A DNA stretch of 62,973 bases from an uncultured Verrucomicrobiota bacterium. GTDB lineage: Bacteria; Verrucomicrobiota; Kiritimatiellia; RFP12; UBA1067. Within the stretch, counting starts at the first letter, position 1. Each line of letters opens with the position of its first letter. Position numbers and translations under genes: made by a program. This document shows, one piece after another, positions 27,995-36,646 of this stretch. The notes under the pieces were generated by a model that did no database searches, had not been told where the DNA came from, and saw only the letters and a program-made list of their open reading frames with translations. The DNA lies in the NCBI GenBank assembly GCA_946055075.1, contig CAMGEN010000006.1, positions 1 to 62,973 of the forward strand, written 5' to 3'.

Positions 27995-30355
27995 TCACCG
28001 CATACAGGAAAGCTTATATAAAGCAGACTTCAGGACGTTAACTGCAGCGCGCTGTGCATCGGCATGTTTCATTCGCCCGTCTTTAAGCGCTGCAAGCATT
28101 GAATTGTAATCATTGCGGATGCCAGGCATGACAACATCGTTACCAGCGGCAGGATGATTGACCTTGCACGCGGAATTCCACCAGTCGGTCATCACGAGTC
28201 CGTCGAACCCCCACTCCTCACGAAGCACTCCCGTCATAAGGTCATAGGTAGTCGCACAATATTCGTCATTAACCTTGTTGTAGCTGGACATGATCGCCAG
28301 CGGCTTTCCGACTTTAACCGCGATTTCAAACGGCTTGAGATAGATTTCTCGGAACGCCTTCTCACTAATCATGATACTGTTCGCCTCACCGCGGCAGAAC
28401 TCCTGGTTATTCGCGCAGAAGTGCTTAACTGTCGCGATACAGCCCGAAGGCGTGCCATCGGAAAGCGTCTGGACACCGCGCACGACATAGGCACCCATCA
28501 TACCCGCGAGAAGAGGATCCTCAGAGAAATACTCGAAATTTCGTCCACACAACGGATTGCGGTGAATATTGACGCCAGGCGCCAGCCAAACGTCGATTTT
28601 CGATTCTTTCATATCCTCTGCAATCATCCGCCCGAACTTCTCTGCCGCGGCGAGATCCCAGCCCTGTGCCAGGATTGTGCCGCACGGCCAAGCAAACATC
28701 TTTCCGCAGACTGGGTTGTATTTAGTGACGGGATCGCCGAAATTGCCGAGACGAACGCCTGACGGACCGTCCGCGCAAGTCACGGCGGGAATACCGTACT
28801 TCTCGCTGGACCAGAACTCGCCGGCTTCGCAAGCAACCGTTCCAGACTTCATGCCGCCCACGCCGGTGCCGCCGTCGACGGCGTAACCTTCACCGTCGAG
28901 AATGCGTCCGTTGATCATCGCAACCAGTTCCTCGTCCGTAAACTGCGCAACGAGATCCTCCAATGTCGCCTTCTTCGCGAGAACATCGGCAAGTTTCACG
29001 AATCCCTCGGCTTTCTTAACCAGTTCCTGTCTCGGAATCGCATTGTCACGTCCGTCAAAACGCCGTTTAACCTTCTGGACGACGATATCCGACTTAACCT
29101 CTATGACGTCGGTAAAAAAGGCAGACTTCGCGGAGTTGCCGACTATCACCGAATAAAAACCCTTGGAGACCTGCCAGACCGCTTCGCCGTCCGTAGTATC
29201 GCCGACATGGAAGAACCGTGCGATATCCCGAGGTCCGAATGGGATCACGACCACTTCACTCTCCCCTGGCTGCAGCACCTTCGTCTTCGCGAAAGCGCAG
29301 AGCGACCTCGCGGGAGACCGCACCTCAGAACGGTCGACATACACCTGAACGACTTCCGCGCCCGCGACCTTACCGGTATTGGTGACACGAACAGAAACCT
29401 TCCAGGCATCCTCTTCCTCCTCGAACTTCGCCTTCTTCGCGAGCATCGCCTGATCATACGTAAAAGTCGTGTAGGAGAGTCCGTACCCAAACGGATAGCG
29501 GATCATCTCCATGTCGCCAGTGAAAAGCCCGTAATTAGGACACCACTCGTCATACGGAATGTCAAGTGTGCCGAAGCAGTCCGTCGTTGGATAGAACCGG
29601 TAGCGTTTCGCCCAGGTGTCGACGGTCTTGCCCGAGGGGTTAACCTTACCGGTGAGGATATCCGCCACGGCATCGCCGGCAACCTCTCCGAGATATCCGG
29701 TGAACACAAGCGCCTTGATCGGATAACGCTCCATGAACGAAGTATCCATCACGCCGGGACAGTTCAAAAGAACGATGACCGTGTCGAAGTTCTCGCATGC
29801 CGCTTTGATGAGCGTATCCTCCTGCCAATGAAGACGGAAACTTCCATAGGCGTCCTTGAGATCCTCGGATTCACCGGCGCCGCGTCCGATCGTCACAATG
29901 CACTTCTGCGCACGCTTACCCTTCGCAAACGCGGCGAACTTGTCCCCGTAGAGGTCCGGCTCCTCAAATCTCGTAGTCCACTTGGCCCAATCGAGATTGA
30001 TCCGCTCATAGGCATTCGTCTTGCGCACGGGATCGTTGATGAAGTCGCGATAAAGCTTCGCAAAATCCGCGTCAAGCTTAATCCCCGCGCGTTCAAGTCC
30101 GACATCATACTGCACCGTATTGCACAGCATCATATCGCCGGACCCCCAGCCCATACGGATATTGTAGTAGCTGGTCACTCCGGCAAGCACCACCTGCTCG
30201 CCCGCCTTCAAAGGCAACGCATTGTCCTTGTTTTCAAGCAGAACGATTCCGTCCGCCGCAGCCCGACGCGCAAACGCATATTTCTCGGCACGATCGCTGG
30301 CAAAGGAAGAACCGGCGCAAAACAGCGCCACGACAAGCAGGAGTGGTATTTTCAT
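27995..30355 (-). CDS. GH3 beta-glucosidase, domain-permuted, with signal peptide
   Basis: GH3_C (GIVLLEN) and Fn3-like domains precede the TIM barrel (ADGPSG, GRNFEYFSEDP, KHF, MTDW). Confidence 0.9.
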   Translation of the reverse strand: MKIPLLLVVALFCAGSSFASDRAEKYAFARRAAADGIVLLENKDNALPLKAGEQVVLAGVTSYYNIRMGWGSGDMMLCNTVQYDVGLERAGIKLDADFAKLYRDFINDPVRKTNAYERINLDWAKWTTRFEEPDLYGDKFAAFAKGKRAQKCIVTIGRGAGESEDLKDAYGSFRLHWQEDTLIKAACENFDTVIVLLNCPGVMDTSFMERYPIKALVFTGYLGEVAGDAVADILTGKVNPSGKTVDTWAKRYRFYPTTDCFGTLDIPYDEWCPNYGLFTGDMEMIRYPFGYGLSYTTFTYDQAMLAKKAKFEEEEDAWKVSVRVTNTGKVAGAEVVQVYVDRSEVRSPARSLCAFAKTKVLQPGESEVVVIPFGPRDIARFFHVGDTTDGEAVWQVSKGFYSVIVGNSAKSAFFTDVIEVKSDIVVQKVKRRFDGRDNAIPRQELVKKAEGFVKLADVLAKKATLEDLVAQFTDEELVAMINGRILDGEGYAVDGGTGVGGMKSGTVACEAGEFWSSEKYGIPAVTCADGPSGVRLGNFGDPVTKYNPVCGKMFAWPCGTILAQGWDLAAAEKFGRMIAEDMKESKIDVWLAPGVNIHRNPLCGRNFEYFSEDPLLAGMMGAYVVRGVQTLSDGTPSGCIATVKHFCANNQEFCRGEANSIMISEKAFREIYLKPFEIAVKVGKPLAIMSSYNKVNDEYCATTYDLMTGVLREEWGFDGLVMTDWWNSACKVNHPAAGNDVVMPGIRNDYNSMLAALKDGRMKHADAQRAAVNVLKSALYKLSCMR

Positions 30356-30370
30356 ACCATCAATTATATC

Positions 30371-30398
30371 AAAAAACCCGCGGCCGAAACGCCGCGGG
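30371..30398 (-). terminator. Intrinsic terminator
   Basis: 8-bp GC stem (30377-30384/30391-30398) followed by T6 on the minus strand. Confidence 0.75.
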
Positions 30399-30431
30399 GT
30401 GATGATATGTTAAAATGTTCAGTCCCCGAGA

Positions 30432-31304
30432 TCAGAACGCGAAGTTGAGCGAAACCCCGTACCAGAGATAATCACGGTACTTGTGTTCGTATTCGGCACG
30501 AATATCATTGTCAAGAAGGCTGGTCCAGGCGAAGGTACCTTTAACGGCCACCCAGTCGGCAATATCCCAGGTGAGATACGCCATAAGCGTCATACCGCCG
30601 ACTCCGCTACGCGGCTTATCAAAGTTAGGACCTACTTCTCCGTGGAGGAAGCAAAGATAATCGGAATCGCCGAAGTCAACATTGCCGTCCAAGCCGAGCG
30701 TCAACGCATCCTCAACAAGCGCAACCTCTTTATTGAGCCCGACCTCATAATGCAACCCCTTGTCGCCAGAATCGCAATCACGATACATCCAAGACATCTG
30801 TCCGTAGACATCAACGAGCGGATTGGCGAAAGTTCCCTTGAGGTAGAGTTCGCGGGTGCTCGCGTAATCCCCACGGACTTCGCCACGGACAAACTGATTC
30901 TCATACCAGTCATGGCCGATCTCGAATTCGAGCGACATCTCCTCGTCTTCAGACGCCCACGCGGTAACCCCGGCATGAACGTTATAATCAGTCTCGGTCA
31001 ATGCACGACGAAGATCCTCACGGCGACAATCATCCAGATCGTAATTCTGCCAGACACTGAAGCCGAACCAGAACGGATCAAGCATGGTGAAATCGGCCCA
31101 GACGCCAGGCTGAATCACGATATGATCGTTCTGAATGGCGTTACGCCAAACATATGCCGAATAGAGGTCAAGATCGAACCCAGCCTCAAAGACAGGAGTC
31201 TCCTCCTGCTGACCTTCGACTTCCGCAGACTTCTCGTCGGCTTCTTGAGCCCCGAGGGTAACAGCCGTCATGACGGCCCCGACAGTAGCTATTATGGTCT
31301 TCAT
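30432..31304 (-). CDS. Putative outer-membrane beta-barrel protein
   Basis: Signal peptide, SAYVWRN motif, alternating beta strands and a terminal Phe. Confidence 0.7.
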   Translation of the reverse strand: MKTIIATVGAVMTAVTLGAQEADEKSAEVEGQQEETPVFEAGFDLDLYSAYVWRNAIQNDHIVIQPGVWADFTMLDPFWFGFSVWQNYDLDDCRREDLRRALTETDYNVHAGVTAWASEDEEMSLEFEIGHDWYENQFVRGEVRGDYASTRELYLKGTFANPLVDVYGQMSWMYRDCDSGDKGLHYEVGLNKEVALVEDALTLGLDGNVDFGDSDYLCFLHGEVGPNFDKPRSGVGGMTLMAYLTWDIADWVAVKGTFAWTSLLDNDIRAEYEHKYRDYLWYGVSLNFAF

Positions 31305-31360
31305 GGTTGGGGGAGTATATCAAACCCCCCACCCCCGCGCAATACGAAATTTCAACTTTT

Positions 31361-32239
31361 TCACGCCATAACGGCGTGAATATCGGAGGCTCCACAGAGT
31401 AACGCCACGAGTCGGTCCACGCCGAGGGCGACACCGGACGCCGAACCGATTTCCGGAAGAAGCGAAAGAAACTCCTCGTCAATCGGATAATCACTCTCGC
31501 CAAGCACCTGACGCTCGACTTTCGCCGCGGCAAATCTGCCGCGCTGCTCCGCTTCGTCACAGAGTTCAGTGAAGCAGTTCGCAAGCTCCATCCCCTGCCA
31601 ATAAAACTCCCAGCGCTCTGCGATGCGACAGGTCGAGGCTGAAGGTTGAGAACGGACGGAAATCTTCGCTAGTGAAGATGCCTGAGGAGGATAATCGATC
31701 AGAAACACCGGCGTCTTGGGAAGATTAGGCTCGATCTTCGTCGCCATATCGAAGTCAAAACGATCCTGGTCCCATTCTTTCCAAGGGTCCCACCCCGCGA
31801 ATTCAACATACGCCTTGCGCACGGTTATGGTCGAGAAGTGATCAAGGTCATGAGTCGGGATCGAGAGCGGAAATTCCGCGAATAGCCCCTTCATCAACGC
31901 CTCTAGGTCTTCAGCAATATCTTGGTACGTGGCATTTCGCCGATACCATTCGATCATCGTGAACTCGGGATTATGCCGCGAGCCCAACTCCCCTTCACGA
32001 AAACACGGACCAATCTGATAGATTCTGTCCATCCCCATCGCCAGCAATTTCTTCATCTGCAGCTCCGGCGAAGCGCGGAGGAACTCCTTGCCACAGGGCG
32101 GACAGTCGATATGCGGCTCCGGTGCGGGAGCCGTGATACGAACCGCAGTCGTCACCTCGGTGAAATCCCTTTCGTCGAAAAAACGGCGAATGGCGCTTAC
32201 GATCTGCGCGCGCTTTTTAAGATAATCGACATTGACCAT
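31361..32239 (-). CDS. epmA: EF-P lysine aminoacylase (GenX/PoxA)
   Basis: LysRS catalytic domain only: SPELQMKKLLA, RHNPEFTMIEWY, ELANCFTEL, GVALGVDRL. Confidence 0.9.
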   Translation of the reverse strand: MVNVDYLKKRAQIVSAIRRFFDERDFTEVTTAVRITAPAPEPHIDCPPCGKEFLRASPELQMKKLLAMGMDRIYQIGPCFREGELGSRHNPEFTMIEWYRRNATYQDIAEDLEALMKGLFAEFPLSIPTHDLDHFSTITVRKAYVEFAGWDPWKEWDQDRFDFDMATKIEPNLPKTPVFLIDYPPQASSLAKISVRSQPSASTCRIAERWEFYWQGMELANCFTELCDEAEQRGRFAAAKVERQVLGESDYPIDEEFLSLLPEIGSASGVALGVDRLVALLCGASDIHAVMA

Positions 32240-33066
32240 GGAAATTCCCTGAAAGCCTTCCTCACCAGCGGATCGGCAACATACTTGAAGAAAGAAACGA
32301 AATGTCCGCCCCGCAATAGTTCAAGCGCCGACAGCACACAACTCGCTTCACAATACTTCCAAAGCGCGCCTCCGTGTTGCGCATCAAGCCGCTTCCTAAA
32401 GGCGAGCGACTTGAATTTATAGTCGACATGACGCGCGGAACCGAGTCCGGACGCCAGATTGCCGTCAGGGCGCGGAAGATAATCGTAAAGAACGTCCTCG
32501 ATAGAAACCACCCTTTCCGCCACAGCACAACAGGAGGAAAGGAACATCGCATCCTCGAAGAACGTCATACTCTCCTCAAAACGCAACGAATGATCCTCCA
32601 AAAATGAACGTCTGAACGCCGCCAGCCACACCGACCCCGGCTCCTTGCGCTCATTAAGTCCGCCCCCGGCATCGGACCGCCGCACATCATCAAACGAATA
32701 ACCGAAGAAAGCCGGCATGTACTTTTCGCGCACAGCGGCTAATCCTTCATAATATGCGGCAGTGCGGCGAATCGAACCTGCACCGGAGAAAAAACATATG
32801 TCAGCCTTGAAATTTTCTAGCGCCTCTACAGGCTTACGGAAAAAATCAGAACGCACCGTATCGTCCGCATCGACGAAAAAAACGTAATCCCCCTTCGCCC
32901 GGTCAAGACCGCGATTGCGCGCCCAGCTCGGACCCCGAGACGCGCCGTCATCAACGACGATCACCTCGACATCCAGACCCTTAGCCGCCTCCGCGATCGA
33001 CTCACGCGTTCGTGGGAGCGTCGGCAGGTTGCGCGGGTGACACGGGATTATTACCGACAGTTTCAT
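32197..33066 (-). CDS. GT2 glycosyltransferase
   Basis: LSVIIP, VIVVDDG, ARNRGL, FVDADD and ED motifs. Confidence 0.88.
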   Translation of the reverse strand: MKLSVIIPCHPRNLPTLPRTRESIAEAAKGLDVEVIVVDDGASRGPSWARNRGLDRAKGDYVFFVDADDTVRSDFFRKPVEALENFKADICFFSGAGSIRRTAAYYEGLAAVREKYMPAFFGYSFDDVRRSDAGGGLNERKEPGSVWLAAFRRSFLEDHSLRFEESMTFFEDAMFLSSCCAVAERVVSIEDVLYDYLPRPDGNLASGLGSARHVDYKFKSLAFRKRLDAQHGGALWKYCEASCVLSALELLRGGHFVSFFKYVADPLVRKAFREFPWSMSIILKSARRS

Positions 33067-33880
33067 CAGGCTTCTTCACAGGGAGGACGACCGGAACGAC
33101 GCGGGTAGGGTTCTTAGCCATAAATTCCCACGCGAACGCCTTGTAGGCCGAAGCACCCTTAGACCGGGGATCAAGAAACACCACCGGTGTCCCCATCGAC
33201 GGAGCCTCAGAAACACGGACGTTGCGCGGGATCGTCGTCTCGTAGACCTTGTCACCGAAATGATTACGGACCTCATTCATCACGTCCGTCGTCAACTTCG
33301 CCTGCGAATTCACCATCGTGAAGACGATACCGTTGAGTTCAAGGCTGGGATTCACCCCTGCGCGAATGCGCTCGATCGACGATGTGATAAGCGCAAGTCC
33401 GTCCATAGCCAAAAACTCCGCCTGAATCGGAATCAGCACGCCGTCCGTCGCACAAAGCGCAGACGTCATCACGATGCCGAGCGACGGCGGACAATCGAGA
33501 ATGATATAGTCGAAGGCGCCGGACTCCTTAACCGGGGCAAGCGCGTTCTTGATCATCTCCAACCGATCCTCGCGCGCACCGAACTCGAGCTCCGCACCAG
33601 CGAGATCAACTTCGGACGGGATCACGTTCAGATTCGGCCACTTGGTCGGCTGAATGACATCCTCAATCGGCTTCGCCCCGATCAGCACCTGATAAAGGGA
33701 GACGCCAGGCTGCTTCTCAAGCCCGAGACCCAGCGTAGCGTGAGCCTGCGGATCAAGATCGATAACAAGAACCGACCGCTTACGTGCCGACAACGCCGCC
33801 GCAAGATTAACCACTGTAGTGGTCTTCCCGACCCCACCCTTCTGATTCGCTATCGCAATAATCTTCGTCGCTCTTTCCAT
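33002..33880 (-). CDS. parA: ParA/Soj ATPase
   Basis: NQKGGVGKTT, DLDPQ, DCPPSLG and IPRNVRVSEAPS motifs. Confidence 0.92.
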   Translation of the reverse strand: MERATKIIAIANQKGGVGKTTTVVNLAAALSARKRSVLVIDLDPQAHATLGLGLEKQPGVSLYQVLIGAKPIEDVIQPTKWPNLNVIPSEVDLAGAELEFGAREDRLEMIKNALAPVKESGAFDYIILDCPPSLGIVMTSALCATDGVLIPIQAEFLAMDGLALITSSIERIRAGVNPSLELNGIVFTMVNSQAKLTTDVMNEVRNHFGDKVYETTIPRNVRVSEAPSMGTPVVFLDPRSKGASAYKAFAWEFMAKNPTRVVPVVLPVKKPDETVGNNPVSPAQPADAPTNA

Positions 33881-33910
33881 ATCCTCTCCTCACTATGCGC
33901 TGAATGCTAC

Positions 33911-33945
33911 GCACCTGGCACCAAGCACTAGGCACCCGACACTAA
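33911..33945. repeat. Intergenic heptamer tract (GCACYNN)x5
   Basis: gcacctg gcaccaa gcactag gcacccg acactaa, overlapping the stop of the upstream CDS. Confidence 0.7.
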
Positions 33946-34469
33946 AAAAGCTTCCCTTTCTCCTGCAACTCCTTCAGATTCGTCTTGGCACTACGCTGAA
34001 CCTCATTCATCCAGAGGACAATCAACGACACGTCCCACGGCTCGTCCACGCCCTCAAGCACCGCCGCAAAGGGATCGTGCTTCGCAAGCACCTCCGCCTT
34101 CACACGCTCGGCGACGACGGACATCGGATCCGTCACCACATACTCGTTGAACTTGTCGCTCTTGAGACAATAACCGTAACGCAGGATGCGAAGATCGTCC
34201 TCGTGCTCCTTCAGATACTCGAGATACGCATTCGCCTCATCACTGAAGCCGATCGTCTCAATGATGGATTTCGGCGTGATGATCTGCGGCTGATGCGCCT
34301 CCAACCGCCCCTCGCGAATCCGAATCTTGCCGGGATAGTCCTCGAGTTCTGAAATAAGCGTGTAATTGACAAGCGTATTCCCGAACGTCTCGAGATTATG
34401 CGAAGGACGCACGATGAACTTCACGTGCGTCGCCGCATACCACCTGTCGAAATCGGGATTACTCGACAT
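33942..34469 (-). CDS. Conserved hypothetical protein
   Basis: 175 aa, globular composition, fits the operon; no family confidently recognised. Confidence 0.75.
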   Translation of the reverse strand: MSSNPDFDRWYAATHVKFIVRPSHNLETFGNTLVNYTLISELEDYPGKIRIREGRLEAHQPQIITPKSIIETIGFSDEANAYLEYLKEHEDDLRILRYGYCLKSDKFNEYVVTDPMSVVAERVKAEVLAKHDPFAAVLEGVDEPWDVSLIVLWMNEVQRSAKTNLKELQEKGKLF

Positions 34470-34507
34470 CTGCTATCTACCAACTACCAGCTATCAACTA
34501 CCAACTG
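34470..34507. repeat. Intergenic heptamer tract (CTACCAA-type)
   Basis: ctaccaa ctaccag ctatcaa ctaccaa; same family as the tracts at 2645, 38007, 57072 and 62031. Confidence 0.85.
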
Positions 34508-34512
34508 ACGGC

Positions 34513-35016
34513 TCACTTCCCCTTGCCGCAGCACTTCTTGTACTTCTTGCCGGAACCGCAGGGGCAGGGATCGTTACGATTGATCTTGGGCTGCTCACGG
34601 ACGATCGGCTTCTCTCCGACGAGTTCACCGTCCGCGAACTTCCAACCACCGTCCTCCTTGACGAACTGACTGACCTCATGATGATTACAGAACTCACCAT
34701 TAGCGGTGTAGAGCGCACGAAATTCGACGACGCCATCCTTATCACCAGACTGGCCCTTCTCGGTAGCGACGATCTCAAGACCATGCCACTCGGCGGCTCG
34801 CGACCAAGCACGAGACGCCTCCTCGTCAAACTCAGCCTGTACCGCCTTGGTGGCGGAAGTCCGGAGAAACTCTACATCGCCGGTCACATAGGACGAGTAA
34901 CGGGCACGCATAAGCTGTTCAGCGGATTCGGCCTTAGCCGCGCCAGCAATAATTGGACCACAGCATTCGCCGAAGGTCTTACCCGATTTGCAGGGACACA
35001 ATTCTTCGTTTTTCAT
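34513..35016 (-). CDS. ychJ: YchJ-family protein with SEC-C motifs
   Basis: CPCKSG...[19 protein letters not shown] and [17 protein letters not shown]. Confidence 0.88.
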   Translation of the reverse strand: MKNEELCPCKSGKTFGECCGPIIAGAAKAESAEQLMRARYSSYVTGDVEFLRTSATKAVQAEFDEEASRAWSRAAEWHGLEIVATEKGQSGDKDGVVEFRALYTANGEFCNHHEVSQFVKEDGGWKFADGELVGEKPIVREQPKINRNDPCPCGSGKKYKKCCGKGK

Positions 35017-36646
35017 AGTTATTCCATAAGTATACCAAAATGTATCCCAGCATGAGAAGAGCAAAAGCGCACCCCAACGGACAATCGCCGAATCGGGTGT
35101 AGGGGGTGCAGGGTGTGGCGTGCAGGGTGCAGGATTCAGATGGATTCGGGATGGTGACGCGGTCGAAGAGTGTGCCTTTCGCGTCAACGAGCAGTTTTCC
35201 GTCGCGACCGCAGAGCCAGTTCGCCTTGCCGTCAGGATAGATGATTCCCGTCACACCGGAATTGCCGACACGAACCACCGGCAGTCCCGTCTCTATCGCA
35301 CGCGCTGTGGCCTGCCACGCATGACTGACCGTCTCCTGCGAATACGAAAACCAGCTGTCATTGGTGATGAACACGAGCAGCCTCGCGCCCATCTTCGCGA
35401 GCTCGCGCATCTGCGCCGAATCATTGTCCTCGTAGCAAATAGCAACGCCCAGCGGCAAGGTTGAGTCTGAAGATCGGGGAAGGTGTAAAAGCCTCAATTC
35501 GCCAGGATAGCAGGTGCCGACGGGTGCGAACTTCTGAAGCGCGGGGATGAGCTTGTCGCCAGGGATGAACTCGCCGAACGGAACGAGATGTACCTTGTCA
35601 TAGAACTGGGGGTTGGGAAGCTGGGCACGAGCTGGGCATGCGTTGGAACACTCGGAGAGGTAGATGGCCGCGGAATTGTACGCCCTTCCGTCCTGCGTGT
35701 AGCGACCACCTCCGGCAAGCACCGCCTTCGCGCCAGTAAGTTTCATCATCCATTGCGAGAACCGCATCGCGTTCGGATGATCGAGCAGAGCAATCTCCGC
35801 ATACGCGCTCTCGGGCAGAATCACGACATCTGGCTTTAGCGCCGAAATGTTCGCGCAGAGATTAGAATACACCGCGACGGGATTCTCTTGATCCTGCGAC
35901 TTGAAACAGCACGGGAAATCACGCTGGACAAGTGCAACGGAAAGATGAGAGGCAGAAGTTGAAGACTGGGGTTGGGAATGGAAAGAATAAATTCCGAAAA
36001 TAATCGCAAACGGAACGAACGTCTCGAGCGTCCGCCACCAGCGGCGATCGCGGGTAAGGAAGCGCTCCGCGATCGAAGCGATAGTGCCATTCACGAGGAT
36101 TACCACGGCGCTTACGAGATACACGCCGCCAATGGCCGCAGGCGAACCGAAGCCAGCGTTGATCGGCGCGACTCCGAGCTGATTCCAAGAGAAGCCGCCG
36201 AGGAAACGCGAACGCACGAGTTCGAGTCCGCACCACAGGACTGGCTCGACAAAGAGAATACCAAGGAAACGACGAACGAGGAATGACGAATGAGTTATTG
36301 TCCTTGTCCAGCGCCAATAAATCGCTGAGAGCCAGCCGAATGCGCCGAAGAAGAGCGCGCAGTAGGCGGCAAGACAGACCCAGCCGAGCACCACCAGCGG
36401 CCAAGGTCCGTTGTTCTTCACAATCGCCGGCATCCACGAAAGCGTGGCAAACCAGAAGATGAAGCCGTTGACAAACCAGAGCCGCCGACTACGCTCCACC
36501 GTGCCGTTGCGCGAAAGCCACAGAAGAGGGGCCAGCGCAAAGAAACAGTCGAAACGCTCGCCCATGGGCGGAAACGAAGCCCACAGGAGAAACCCCGGCA
36601 ACAGCCAGCAAAAACTCAGAATCTGCCTAAAGAACTTTACGAGCAT
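34979..36646 (-). CDS. lnt: Apolipoprotein N-acyltransferase
   Basis: TM N-terminus; [26 protein letters not shown] and RAIETG motifs. Confidence 0.93.
   Translation of the reverse strand: MLVKFFRQILSFCWLLPGFLLWASFPPMGERFDCFFALAPLLWLSRNGTVERSRRLWFVNGFIFWFATLSWMPAIVKNNGPWPLVVLGWVCLAAYCALFFGAFGWLSAIYWRWTRTITHSSFLVRRFLGILFVEPVLWCGLELVRSRFLGGFSWNQLGVAPINAGFGSPAAIGGVYLVSAVVILVNGTIASIAERFLTRDRRWWRTLETFVPFAIIFGIYSFHSQPQSSTSASHLSVALVQRDFPCCFKSQDQENPVAVYSNLCANISALKPDVVILPESAYAEIALLDHPNAMRFSQWMMKLTGAKAVLAGGGRYTQDGRAYNSAAIYLSECSNACPARAQLPNPQFYDKVHLVPFGEFIPGDKLIPALQKFAPVGTCYPGELRLLHLPRSSDSTLPLGVAICYEDNDSAQMRELAKMGARLLVFITNDSWFSYSQETVSHAWQATARAIETGLPVVRVGNSGVTGIIYPDGKANWLCGRDGKLLVDAKGTLFDRVTIPNPSESCTLHATPCTPYTRFGDCPLGCAFALLMLGYILVYLWNNYEKRRIVSLQIG

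Noticed and set aside
32197-33066. Long gene overlaps (parA/GT2 65 bp, GT2/epmA 43 bp) as functional dual coding
   Set aside because: The overlapping tails look unconserved and are best explained by stop-codon drift in a compact operon.
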